Below, piece by piece: positions 38,076 to 50,665 of a stretch of DNA of 64,000 nt. Position 1 is the stretch's first letter, and every line of letters begins with the position of its first letter. The translations under genes were made by a program, and so were the position numbers. The notes beneath the pieces were generated by a model that saw only the letters and a list, made by a program, of their open reading frames with translations, was not told the origin of the DNA and did no database searches. Where the stretch lies: positions 62,001 to 126,000 of the forward strand of contig JALDZS010000009.1 in NCBI GenBank assembly GCA_022813965.1, written 5' to 3'. The DNA is from Toensbergia leucococca. Lineage: Eukaryota.

Positions 38076-38636
38076 TCAATTCCAACCGTCGGCCTCTTCT
38101 GCGTTAGCTGCTTTAGCTGTTTTGGTTCGTTTGCGAGGCGGAAGCTCCTCAAGGGCGGGTTCCGGCGACGCTTTGCGTTTACGAGGCTTTTTGACCTCCG
38201 CCGCCGCCTTCACCCCCGAAGCCTTTGGCGCCTTTGGCGCCTTTGGCGCCGGCTTCGAGGATTTGGCGGGCTTCGGTGCCGCGGCCTTCTTCCCCTTTGC
38301 CTTCGCCGCTGCGCCGCTGGTCACACGCTTCCGAGTCGCTGCTGTGCCGGCCGTCTTTCGCTTTCTCTGAGGGGCCGGAGGTACATCCCCATGGGCCCCC
38401 CCAACTTGACTATCATTTGATGAAGAAGATTCTTCATCCTCTTCGTCCTCTTCGTCCTCCGTGCTCCTCTCGGTAACGGACAACATGTCCCGTTCCTCTT
38501 CACCATCGTCGCTCTCATGTACTCGGGTGCGGGTGCGGGTGCGGCGGGCGGTGAGCCTGCGGGCTGGGCGCTCTGAAGCAGCGCGACGGGTAACATTAAT
38601 TTCGGGCACCCTCGTGACTACGTTAGGATACACCAT
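38076..38636 (-). CDS. Lys/Ala/Pro-rich basic low-complexity ORF, probably the last exon of a larger gene that may be decayed
   Basis: 186-codon ORF with an acidic tract, then a histone-H1-like KAPKAP/KKPRKRK tail; GT-AG intron-like segments upstream (38740-38790, 38880-38940). Confidence 0.4.
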   Translation of the reverse strand: MVYPNVVTRVPEINVTRRAASERPARRLTARRTRTRTRVHESDDGEEERDMLSVTERSTEDEEDEEDEESSSSNDSQVGGAHGDVPPAPQRKRKTAGTAATRKRVTSGAAAKAKGKKAAAPKPAKSSKPAPKAPKAPKASGVKAAAEVKKPRKRKASPEPALEELPPRKRTKTAKAANAEEADGWN

Positions 38637-39499
38637 CGAGTTTGGCGGGTGGGTGTCTTTGACATACCGTGCCAGGGCTCATGATGTCCCCGCCGCAGGA
38701 ATGTTCAATACCGTGCTGGTTAGGGCGGGTAGGTTCAGCTGTGACACACCATGTTAACGCTATCCAGGCACCAGCGTAAAGGTGGAACTTACATTCCATC
38801 TCATGGTATCTACCAACTGTTCTTGAACTTCCCTTCCACGCCGCATTTCCTCCAACGTTAAGAGGCTTATTTCTGTACGGCTTGTCGGTTTCCGATGCCC
38901 ACGGAACCTCGCCCGATCAATCAACAACCCCAGACATACCTAAGCTCATGCGCGCGCATAATTGTTCCAGTTTGCCCCTATCCTCGTGAAGATTGACGGA
39001 GGGCGGCAATTAGGCGTAACTGTGCGGCGATGGTGGTCCCAGTCCCGAAAACATTCAGAGACGAATAAATTAAGGAGCTTTCGAGCAAGAACGCCGAGAG
39101 ATTGCCAGAGCGCATGTCCAAGTAATATACAGTAATCCCTGTTCTATCTTGAGTAGCTGGTAGCTGTCGGTGTATCTCCTTGGGATAAATCAGTTGTCAT
39201 TCGCATCGTTCAATTATTCGCGCTTGGAAGATGTAGGGAAGGTCAAAGTCTCCAGAAAAGGCATTGGTTCAGGTAAGAATTTGAATAAATCCAGCTGTTC
39301 TGCTACTGCTCTGCCGTCCTTTCGTCATTGATATTCTGGGGCTCATTTGCACCATCTTCCTCTGCGCGAGCTCTAGTTTCCGTTGCTTGCATCTCCTCTG
39401 CACCTTTGACGTCTTCGCATCACAGCTCTTCAACAGATCAGCTTGCATTGATGTTTGACAAGACAAGACTGCAATGAGGTCAGCTGTATCAGATAAGGG

Positions 39500-42400
39500 A
39501 AAGTATGCATCTCATCCCATTATCACCAAGCCGTTGAGACAATGATTGTTATGTTATTGATGAGCACTTGTGCATCGAGTTTCTCTAGCCCCTCAATGCC
39601 CTCAGTACTTTAAGCACATTCCATGGACATTCGCGGCTGGAAAATTCTGACTATTGATTTTCATCAGTAGGTTTCACTTTATTGAATAGATTCAATGCCT
39701 TATAGTATTGTTATGAAGAGTATGCCACCGAATAGGCACAACCCATGATTAACCTTAATGACTGATCAGAGCAGTATCCGTGATGGATAAGCACCGTGTC
39801 AGATCCGGTATTCCACGGCAGTGATGGCTGGGCGTTGGATGATGATGTGACACCCACGACAGCTCACAGTCAACTTAGATCTTGATGCTCATCAGGTTAA
39901 TGATGAAAAGGTCTTGAAATGAAACCAATGACTCTGGTTGATGCCTTGGTATGATAGATATATATATATATTTGTAAGTTGCGGGATCCGGACGGGCTGC
40001 CATGGAGGCAGTCAATTTTTTCATAATGCTCACATGCCCGGATTGCTTAAGGGAGTCTGATATTGACTACAGCATCGGACAGGGCCAGTTTCTTTCCCTC
40101 TGAAAAAGTGTTGAAATTCGCTATTGCGGAGGACTAAATTCTCTGGGGACTTGTCATAATGTGCTTGTGTTACAAAACGAATGACGGCGAGAAGAGATCT
40201 TTGTCCAGATGATTGATTTGCTCTAGATGAATGCAGTCTGAAGATGGTCTTCCAATCCATCGGTCACATCTTCTTCTTGAACTGTCTTATCTTGGAATAT
40301 TGTTCAACACTGGCGTTTGTGGCTTGAGGTTTGCACTGATGAAAATCAAAAGAAGCGCCGTAACGGTCTTGCCCTACTCCATATCGTCACTCACTAGACC
40401 ACCTCTGATTGGTGACTCTTCCATTCTCAGAAGCCTTGCCATCGCCACAGTCTGCCATGGATATGGCTAAAAGGTCCCGTGAGCAACGCTTACCTGACTG
40501 CTCTCAATCGCTCATCAAGCTCTTTCAAGTTTCAACTCACTCAGCTGTCAGCTGTGATAGAGCTGAATACATTGACTTCAATTGTCAGTGCCCTTGCTTC
40601 CTTCTATACGTTCAGTGATCTCTTTGATACAGAATTCATATACATTTTTCTTCTCATCTCTCACTGCTCTTTTCACGTATTGCTCATATTATTCACTATA
40701 TGCTCGATGACTTTGCATAGCTTTCTCCCTCGTGCAACAAGTAGATCTTTTGATGAATGCTCAAGGGGTGGCATACTAAAGCCTCTCCGGTTGTTTCTCG
40801 TCCATCTTGGCCATCAGACGATTGAACTTATCATCTACGCATTTAGATGATACAGCTAGATCTCTTGCGAGATTATCCATCCGTTCAGATAGGCTTGCTC
40901 CCAGACCATCCACGCGTGTCTTAACGTCAGTCCTTAGCTCTTGAATCTTATCCCATGTATCCTCGTTTAGGTTATCTATCTTTCAGAGTTGCTCCTTGGT
41001 TTCCTCATATCTATTGAGGACGACGTTGGTAAGCCGTTGAACTGCCTTCTCCTGAGTCATCGGGCCAGGGTGTTCCAGTCGTGTCATGCCAAATGTATCT
41101 CGTCGATCGGAACGTGAGGTCTTTTACTTTTGACCGGAGGATGGATCACTGGATGAAGACGCCTGTTCCTGAAATCCCAGTCTCGCCATTCCCTTTTCTA
41201 GGCCTATGGCGCTAGGGCATGGTGGGGTGGGGTCTTGATCCTGCCCACCATGGCTTCATTGACCATGACCCATGAATACTGAAGATTGTAGTTCCATGGT
41301 TGATGAGACTTTTGATTGGATGAGGAAATGATGATAGAGGCTGAAGGGGGGGCTCTGGTTGGTTCAAGTGAAAAGGTAAGGGTGGCAAGATGTCTGATTG
41401 GTTGATTGTCTGCTAGGTAAGGAGGACGTAAATTAGAAGATCGCGACGTCAGTTTGAAGTAATCTTTATGAGTATCATCTTCTTATTAAAAGAAAATAGC
41501 CTGATAGCTCAGTCTGATGATAAGATTCACATCATTCTGTGTTAGATTTTGCACTAGGCTCTTGATTTGTGATGAAGGTGAAACACTTCATGAAGATTCC
41601 TTAATTCTGAATCCTTTGTAAAGGGAGAGAAAGGAGTCCAACAAGTGACAGCTTCTGATCCCAGTACGGGTCCTCCGGGTTGACACTGAGGGCTTCACAT
41701 GCATCCTTCTAGGAGCCTTGGCTGTGACATTGTTCAGCTCCTTCAGCATCAACTAAAATGATGGTCGTGCCTCCTCAGTCGTTCCTTCAAGTATACTTTG
41801 GCGTACCAACTCCTGACTGCCAAGAGTACTCGACAAAAGGCTGTTGTCGTCCTGAACGATATCAACAGGTGGCTAAAGGCCCTTGGCGTACTTCCCAAGA
41901 TACATCATAACGTTGGCTTGGAATTCGTTGCTAAGACAGGGTTGTGGCTTGAGCTTGTCAATGGAGTTAGTAACGTTGATCTGCTTCAACGACTAATTGA
42001 ATTCCGAATAGCTCGCCGAGAAAAGAAAGAGAGAAAAAAGAATACAAGAAATTAGAAATGATGAAAAAGAATCAACCACCGTCTCCCTACCTCTGAAGAG
42101 GAGAGAAAGCACGTCCACGAAACCCCCTTCAGCTTGGACTGCCCCTATGAACTTCCCTAAGATTCAACTTGACAAGTACTCATTTTAATTTGGGCAGCTC
42201 CTCGACCGCTCTAGTGTACACTTCCAGTCACTTCTTGTCATAAGGCTGCTTTTAAACAACATCATCATCAATGTAAAGGGGCGTTCCGTACTCGCTTGGC
42301 GGCGGCGGTAGCTGCGGTAGTGGATGACTGCCGCCGCCCACCAGTGCACTTCCTCCTCCTGATCTAGGCCACGTGGCAGTATCTCAATATTCTGCAAGAT
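39500..42400 (-). pseudogene. Decayed SNF2-family ATPase relic A, split by an unrelated ~1.15-kb segment
   Basis: ~40470-40340 reads PYPWQTVAMARLLRMEESPIRGGLVSDDME*GKTVTALLLI (Q motif plus Walker A DDMGxGKT). 39782-39762 reads HGYCSDQ, which equals RGYRSGQ (motif VI) after reverting three transitions. ~41770-41650 reads LMLKELNNV..KDACEALSVNPEDP. Confidence 0.75.
40480..41298 (-). pseudogene. Decayed coiled-coil protein ORF lying inside SNF2 relic A
   Basis: ACCATGG start, then a long coding-like frame (QEKAVQRLTNVVLNRYEETKEQL*KIDNLNEDTWDKIQELRTDVKTRVDGLGASLSERMDNLARDL) with isolated TGA/TAA/TAG stops, each one transition from CGA/CAA/CAG. Confidence 0.5.
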
Positions 42401-42508
42401 GAGGTCAATGGACTAGCTTCTTGAATGACCTTGACAGGTGAAAAAAAGAGGGGCAATGAAGAGAGATGTATTGAATACGGAAAAGTATGCCTCCCGTCCC
42501 CGTTGGTT

Positions 42509-42658
42509 CAAGTATTGAATAAGCTGCTACTTAATGAGGAAATGGATATGGATTCAGGCCCGGAGGCAGCTGCTCGATTTCCTGTAAGAAAAAATCACTG
42601 AATTAGCTTACTAATACCTGACAAGACAAGTATTGAGTAAGCTGTTACTTAATGAGGA
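42509..42658. repeat. 32-bp direct repeat pair between the two SNF2 relics
   Basis: CAAGTATTGAATAAGCTGCTACTTAATGAGGA (42509-42540) and CAAGTATTGAGTAAGCTGTTACTTAATGAGGA (42627-42658); two mismatches, both transitions. Confidence 0.85.
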
Positions 42659-42899
42659 TCTGAATACGTACATCGCAACCTTCCTCTAAGACGCCATTCA
42701 TGATTGCGTTTATATTTTGTATGATAGATGTGAATGTGAGAATGTGGATGTCAATGATAGCTTAGGTGGCGATTTCAAGGGTGTTTGCAGGTTAATTTAA
42801 TCATGAAAATGTGGACGTGTTGATGATAGCTCAATCGGTGGTGTGGAGGGTGTGCAGTTGGATCGATTACCAAAAACACAGAGGGAGACACCCACAGAT

Positions 42900-44730
42900 T
42901 AATCCAACAGTTCCTTTAGCACTTCATCAGACTGCGGCACTGTGGCAGAGCACACTCTTTCTCACAGTCTTCATTCTGATTGACTCTCATGAGCTCCATC
43001 AACCTCTCAAAGCCTAATCCAGTAGACTTGGTCACGGGCTTCTCACCATCTGACAACCCCGTTACTTCGTTCTCATCATCGTAGACTGCACAGTACGCGG
43101 GCCTATTCTGAGATTTTTGAATCATGATATTTAATTTCTTCTGCTCATAAGGTTGTTCGTTGTTCAGCAGATATCTCATTCTCTTTGTGCACCTCTGATG
43201 CACGCTCATCTCACAAAACCTCCTCAGTGACGCTGCAACACACAAGATGTTGGTTGACTTAGGTGCTTGGCAGATTGGTAGATCCGTCACTGAGAATGTC
43301 AAACTCTGACCGTGATACTTTGGTGTGACTGCCAAGATATGCTATGCATTTAGTCTGGTCAACGCCTGAGAGCTTTGGTCGTGGGTTTTCTCGTGGAGCT
43401 CATTGATGGTGAAGCTGTAGCCCTTGGACTCCCAAGAGTATGCTCAGCGAGGAGAGAAGGACAAGTGTAAAGCGGTTGACTTACTCGCCCGGGACAATGA
43501 CGCTTTGACGGGCGTGCTCCTCTAGGTCCCGCGTGTAGGCTTTCGTCCAAGGGCATCAAATCTTGCCAATTAGATGCCTGGCGTCCTTCGCTCTGAGAAT
43601 GGCCCATTCAAAATCTCATCCCGGGCCAGCTCTTCAGCATACGACAGCGGAAGGGGGGTTTCACATCGGAAATTTCCTCCTCATCCAAATCTGAAGCCTC
43701 ATATTTATCATCATCAGAGACATCTGAAGACGACCTAGTCAAAGTCTACCTAGGCAGACTCAGCCAGCACCCTTTCATTATTTCCTAGCTTTCCCAGATC
43801 ATCATCATCATCAAGCCATATGTTCTTAAGTGCTTGAAGACACTGTTTCTTCCCGGAGCCAGCCCTGCTTGAGATCTTTGATAGAAGATGGTGAAACTTG
43901 TTGCTCTCATCATCCCATTCAGGTGATGAGATGATATTCATAGCTTCAACAATATCACTCAGTCTATTGTTTAGCAGGGTGTCAGACATTGTCAAAAGTC
44001 AGAAGAATTCCGTTGACTGATCTTTTCTCATGCTTGTAAGAATCCTTCATTGGCCTTTGTTGACATTCTTGATGACATGACACTCATTGATAATTGTCAG
44101 CCTGCAATGAAGGCGTGAGATTTCTTGCTGCACCTTCTGAACTTCAGTTATAGGTCTCTTGATCTTAGGGTTAGTAACTTTGACCTTGATCTTTCATTTA
44201 GTGGAATCAGTAAAATCTTTCTTAATGACCTTGCTGAGTGTCTGTCATGAGTTAATCAGTCAGCGATTATTGCTTCATTGATGAGGCTCACCGCAGTGCT
44301 TCAGCTCTTCTCATACTTTGTTATCTAAGTGTTTCAGCCCTGAATTGTGATACGTTCTAATAGTATCTTTGAAGACTTGCGTCATCTTGAATTTCTGATG
44401 ATAGAGCTCAACAGCGATATCAAGCATGTTCATGTCAATTCATTGCCGCATTTCATTTGCTCATGTTCATGCGTTGACAGAGGGTACTATGAATAGCGTC
44501 AGTCCCTGAAAGGGTCTTATATCATGTGCATTGAAGCCTGATTGACACAGGTATTCAAAAAATGTTCAATTGAATGGACATTTTGTATCAGGGGCAGCGC
44601 CATGCTCACAGTGCTGACGGGTCTCAGGTTTTTTCCTTCATTCATCATCTATCTCCTATCAGATGGTAAGGAGATGATGTCACATGATAGTGAGAGCCAT
44701 CTCTATGAAGATTCCTTTGATCTCTTGTGT
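42900..44730 (-). pseudogene. Decayed SNF2-family ATPase relic B
   Basis: Motif Ia GLTLFIVPSVNA*T*ANEMRQ*ID..VELYH (~44505-44400); motif II LTIINECHVIKN (44100-44065, from DECH); motif III F*LLTMSDTLLNNRLSDI (~44000-43950, from SGTP.NN); one GT..GCTGAC..CAG intron at ~44291-44243. Confidence 0.8.
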
Positions 44731-45950
44731 CTTTCTGGCCTTCGTGTCGGCCGCTTCATGGTCTTCATATTAGTACAAGTGTTTTACTCCTCATCTTTGG
44801 CCTGCGAGGCGAGGGTTTCACCAGTGACCAATTATTTGGTACCGTTCAAGGGGTTGACGTCTAGCCATTGCTTGAATGGCGAGGATAGGATTAGTTTGAT
44901 TTCTACCCGGTTGGAGAGTTGATTTGCTGCTAGCTCACCTGGGCAGACCTAGGCGCGATCACGCAAATATGAGCCTAAGCGCACCCGTCGCTTGCAAATG
45001 ATAGGATGGATGACTCTTTTTGAGCGAGAATGACGGACGAGTCATTATCATGTAGCGTGGGAGATGGTGTACTCAACAATATATACATATCTTAGTATGC
45101 GCAGAAAAGTCAGTGTTGACCGCTGGGCGTTGCTCAACATAGGAGTAGGAGACGTACAAGCACTTCGGAAAGGGACAGGGAAAGGTTTTGTAGCTCCCAT
45201 TATAGCAATGCCACGGGACCATAAACCCCATGTGCCGCCACTGAGAAGGAAGGCCGCGATACCAAGATTTGAATCCCGAATGAGGAGGAAGAGGCATGTC
45301 ACCCATTGCTAGTGAGAAAAACAAGAAGGATAGATCCAGGTTTAACGGGGTCATGAGCCTCCTTGGTGTTTGTAGGCTAAAACAGACTCATATATATAAG
45401 TGTTGAATGTAGTATTGGCTGGCAGACCAAGTCGTGATAAATGAGACGGAAGGTTTTGCGTGAGGGATGGATGCGTCAAGTAGTAGAATATGACAGTAGG
45501 TTTGACAGGGGTATTCACAGAGAAATTTTCACGATGCTATTCATGAAGGAAATCAAGAGAAGGATTGATTCATAGAAAGGAGGAATAGAGATTCATTGAG
45601 ATCGTGGGACTTGTCGGTGTTGAAAAATTCATGGGATGAGATGCACCACTGATAGAAAGCTTGTATGAAAGAAACTAGAACGCTGTAAGCAAGAGACTTC
45701 TCTTTCGATACGTTCAATCAATTTGCGTTCTCGACAAACGTTTCCATGATTTCTGTGAAAGAAGGCTCATGTTTTGTCAAAGGTGGTAAAAAACATCACG
45801 CTTGTAAAAGATTGCGAGTTGGAAATATTAGTAAAATTTAGGAGGCTCCCTAAAAAAAAGGGGGGTTGGCACGCCTACCCCAGGCCCTTAGGCGCAGCAT
45901 AGCCAGCACACGTACTTGCATACATCAAACCCAGCCCACTCTTACACCTG

Positions 45951-48043
45951 TCATCTTTGCTCAACATCCATCTCCCTCTCTTTCCTCTCTTCCCTCTCTC
46001 CCGTCTCCCTCAATTCCCTCTCAAGCGTAGTCATCAACCTCTCGAGCACCCATTTCGGTTCATCAATAGCACTCATCAACGGACTCTTCGGCCCAAGCCA
46101 ACTCCACGGTCTGACCTCTCCATCCTCATCCTTCGTTCCAGCCTGTTCTCCCCCGACCATGTTCTCAGTTACTTGTGCTTCCTGCACTGAGCGAGGACGG
46201 CGATGCTGAGTGGGGCTGGACTCGTCTTGACCGATAAGTTGCAGAAACCAGGTCCATTCTGCGAAGGAGTATTTGCGAGGCGGGGAGGCGTCAAGGTGTT
46301 GGATGACAGTTTGAATCTGCTTCGTGAGGAGGTTGTGGCGATAGTATTTACCTTTGGTACGCTCGTCGTGGGCTTTGGGGTTGTTTTCGAAAGATTTTCC
46401 CCTGGTGTTGGCCATATCCTGGGTCACGCCCTTCACCGCGTCAGACTGGTTGTTGAATTCATCCTCGCGCGTGTTACTGCGGGACATGAATCCTGGTGGC
46501 TTTGCTTCTTGGAAGGCACCGCCGTCTCCTTTTGTAGCATTGGCTGCGTCATTCTTAAGATCTGCCAATGCGCCAGTCTTTTCTGGAAGATGATCGCCAA
46601 TCCATATTATAAAACTATCGACAGACTCGGATATCGTATCACCTATGCTTCCGATAAGCACGGTCAAAGTTGGAAGCGCTATTAGAGACCAAAAGACGAA
46701 AACTGGTTTGGACGCATTGTCCTGGGGGTAGAAGTCACCGTACCCGATAGTCAACAACGATACATAGGTAAAATAAAGGGATTCGAAGTAGCTCCAATTC
46801 TGAGTACCTTGCTCCGCTTTCCAGAAGACGACAGCCCCAATGAACCACAAGAATAGCCAAGCTCCGGCAGAGAGGCCAAGCGCAATCAATCGATTGTCAT
46901 TCGCTGCCTTTTTTTGGACCCGGCGCATGATATTGAATTCTTGCTCTCGCCGATCAAGTTCTGATAGCTCCTTGTTCCCACCATGATTTTTACTAGATGG
47001 AGAGGCGCGTATTGTATCATGCTTGAGATCTAGATTTTTCAAAACTTTCTCCCGAGCCTTTTCCACCATACGCATGCTCACCTTCTTCGAGCCACGCTCC
47101 AACGCTAATGATCGAATAGACGCTATGATCAGACCAACGAAGAGAATTCCTCCAATCGCCATTGGAAACATTAAACTCCGTCCCAGATGTGTTTTTGGGC
47201 TAAAATCTCCAAATCCAATCGTGAACAGAGTCACGTCCACATAGTATACAGCGTCTAAGAAATCCCACCCTTCGATTCTTGAATATACGGCGCCAGCCGC
47301 GAGAAGATAGCCCAAGAAGGTGACAGTTTGGAACATGAGTGCACGCTGACCCATTGTAAGTTTGAATCGCCTGCTATAGCGTCCTATGTACACCCCAAAA
47401 GCAGTGACGACCATCATGGAAGCTACAATGAAATACACAGCTGCAGCTAGAATAGCATAGTAGAAGGCTTGGGAGAAAGTTCGATTCTGCAACGGAAGGT
47501 GAATAGGTGCTGCTGAAACTAGACCAATCAAGAGGAACGACGAGATGTACCAGCCAACGATAATGGTTGGTTGTGCAAAGGAGAAAGAAAGACGACTGGT
47601 CATGTGCGCGAGGAGGGCAAGATTTGCTAAAATAGCAAATACGAGTGAAACACCTATGATAGCGTTGAGCCTGATTTGTGAGATGTTCCATCAGCGCAGT
47701 CGGATGAAAATGATGGCAAGTCCCTCACCATCCTGGGTCTCGAACATCCAGACCTTCGGCCTCGGTTGAAGAAGGGCTCACGACGACTCTCCAGTCCATA
47801 GCCAAGCCACAAACATTAAAGGCTGAGGCCATAGGACCGAAGGTGGCCGCTATCAGTGGGAAGAGAGTCGAAGAAAACCACCATCGCCTGAGATGTCATT
47901 CAGCCAAGTCAGAGGCAAGGGTAGTAAACAGGTTGATAATCTTACGCCGGCGCCAAGTGATCTTCTTCAGCTTCTTCCTCATCTTTTTTCACGTATTCTT
48001 CGCGTTTACTTTGATCAGTGGGAGGGTCTGCAGGGGCGCTCAT
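45951..48043 (-). CDS. TOK1: TOK1-type two-pore outward-rectifier K+ channel (2 introns at the 5' end)
   Basis: RWWFSSTLFPLIAATFGPMASAFNVC, SQAFYYA, pore loops TLFTIGFGDF and SLLTIGYGDF, PPRKYSFAEWTWFL, WSWLGPKSPL. Confidence 0.95.
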
Positions 48044-50665
48044 GGTGTGGAAATGTCAAAACTGCAACTTCTAATGAAGACATATAATATTTATGGAGTA
48101 ACGAAGAGCAGAGAACATGCTTATAATGGATTGCAAAACATGGAAAATCTTGCTTGAAGCTCAAGTCCTCAAGTTTGAGAGAGGTGCATCCATGACGTAC
48201 TCGTGTTCACCCCTGGTTGCAAGCCACTCGTGCCACTGTCGGATGCAGATTCTATCCCAATTTTGGTTAGCTGACGGTAATTAGGCGAGAGGCTAGCATT
48301 ATCATGCCACGATGCCTGTTATGAGAGAGAAATCAACTTTAATATTGTTAAGAAGATGGTAGCATGCGCCAAATGGCAATACCCTTTGTGCTTTTAGACA
48401 TGGTCGTTATTGAACGTTGAACGGGCTATATACCACATTATTCTATACGCCTGACGTTACAACTTACAGCGACTACTTCCAGAACCTCAGATTCTGCCAA
48501 GCAGAAGGCTGACCAATAAAACAAGGCTTGAGCGATGCATGAGGTATCACTGCCTCATGCTTCTTTACACATAAGAGTCATGGATAACCTCGTCTTCCTG
48601 GGCTTACTTCTTTGATCTGGAATAAGGTCGCTCTGAGGAACCACGCTTCCCTGGTCACTGTTGAACAAAAGCTTCAAGGCAATTACAGCCGGATGTTAAT
48701 TGACTGGACTAGAGTAAGTAACTGATTGTCCTTCATCAGCGACGTTCACAATGTTTTTCAAACCCTTCAGAATTGTCCGGATTGTCAACATCAACTGTAG
48801 CACCACCGAAGCTGATATAATCGCCTTCTTTGAATGCCATGGACTCAATTTATCTTCCGGTCTATCGCTATGCCCCACCACAGTCATTTCAACCGCTGCG
48901 ACTACCTTGGTCGAGCACTGATTCGATGAAATACTTTTTTTTGCTGCAGAAGCTTGTTGAAATTATCGATCAAAGACCCGATTTGGATCCAAGGTTACAT
49001 CGCGTGTGGCTGGGAACCCCTTATATTTTGCATATAGATAGCTTGTTTCTCTCCTAGGTACTCGATCTTTAGCAATTCTATCATTTTATGTATCATACTT
49101 ATTAATTCTTTCATCAAAGCTGTCACGTGGAATAAATGCTCAACGACCCTGATTCTGGTGCAATATCTTTGACCCATGTGACCTTGTATTTACAGATTTC
49201 ATGATCACATGAGCTTTGGACATCTGAGGGCCTGGTAAATAGGTGGACTTGTGTCCATCCCACAAGGTCTTCTCTTAAGTACCAGATATGAAATTAACCT
49301 TCCCACTCTTTACCATTCTTTTGCACTGAGAATTGTCTGAAACCGCCGTATGGGTACGGATAATCAGACCATATGTGACAAGTTTGCGTTAGCAATATCA
49401 AGCTGAGGAGAGGTTCTGGAAGGACGTGATTAGAAAATGTGTAAGTGAATTTAAGCTGCTTGGGAGAAACGTTAAGGTGCCGGGGACTGGTCCGGTAGAA
49501 GAGAAGCCGAATGCGTACTCCGTAGCCCGAGAGCCGTTGGGTGTTGGACAAGCAGGGATGCTGATCCATGTCAATTCCCTTGATTTTGTGTGCCGTACTC
49601 CGTACTCGGTATTGAAACTTGAGAGACCTTTCGCTAGAATATGGTATCGGTAGTTGGTTAATTAACACTTTTTCAATAGGGGCTTACTAAGTAAATGGAC
49701 TGTCAAAGAAGGCCTATTTCTCTTCTTGATGCCTGAGATTTTATCTCAAACTTATCATGAGAGCTCAGTAGAAATGGTCTTTCGATCAGTTGCTCAACAT
49801 GAATGCCATCATCATTTGATCTTGATCATCCTGACCGACAACATTGACAAGGTTCCATGTCGGTATTCTGTTATAATCATAAGCTTAAGTAACGCAGATC
49901 TCGTAATTACCTGTATGGACGTGAACGATACGGATCTTGGAGTATCGGCGAGACGACTCGATTCATATGAAAACCCTAATTTTGCCAACACATGCTAGAT
50001 AATCTTTTGGTCTTGGCTGACTTCATCAAATCATTAATGATTTGTGTCGGCGGGGATTCCTCCACTCTACCACCCGGATATCCCATGAGTAGTATTAGTT
50101 GTCCTTCGTTTCTTGGTCTTCGCACCACTGGCCCTCATACTGACTGCTAACCAGCCAGGGCGTATCAGACAGGTCGTAGAGTATTCGGCCAATTCTTCTC
50201 ATAATCGCTCCGACTAGACCGCAAATTCTCTTGACGTTGCACGTTAGACTTTTTAGGGACGTTCAATACCAGAGAAATAACGTTTTCATATATGACTCTC
50301 TTTTTCAACGACTGCAGCGTTTGTAAATTCTCGCTCTTTGATTCACCAGCTCTGTTGACCGTCATCCTACACCACGTTAGATTGAGCACGTCCAACACGA
50401 CACATTCGATCCTCTATCTTGGAGGGAACGTTCCCACACGTCCGAAGGAGACGCAGCTGGCACTTAGCGCAGACCGAAGCTGTATGCTCCGACGTCCTGT
50501 ACACGAGGTGTCTGCAAGCGAAACACACGATTGGGGCAGGGACTTTGACACGAGATAACTGAACGCATTCAACAACACTGGGTAACCTTGGAAGACATCT
50601 CGAAAACAAGGCAACAGGAGATTGGTGTATCTAGATCACTCAGATATTAAAATCAAGCCTTCACA

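Noticed and set aside
42509..42658. 32-bp direct repeats resembling a CRISPR repeat pair
   Set aside because: Only two copies, an 86-bp spacer, a fungal genome and no cas genes; treated as a local duplication.
39500..44730. In-frame TGA/TAG as recoding (selenocysteine, readthrough or RNA editing)
   Set aside because: Stops co-occur with frameshifts, deletions and missense transitions in catalytic motifs, which indicates decay.
37300..45000. Calling the island a Starship or a named transposon
   Set aside because: No DUF3435 captain, transposase, reverse transcriptase, terminal repeats or target duplication could be identified in the window.
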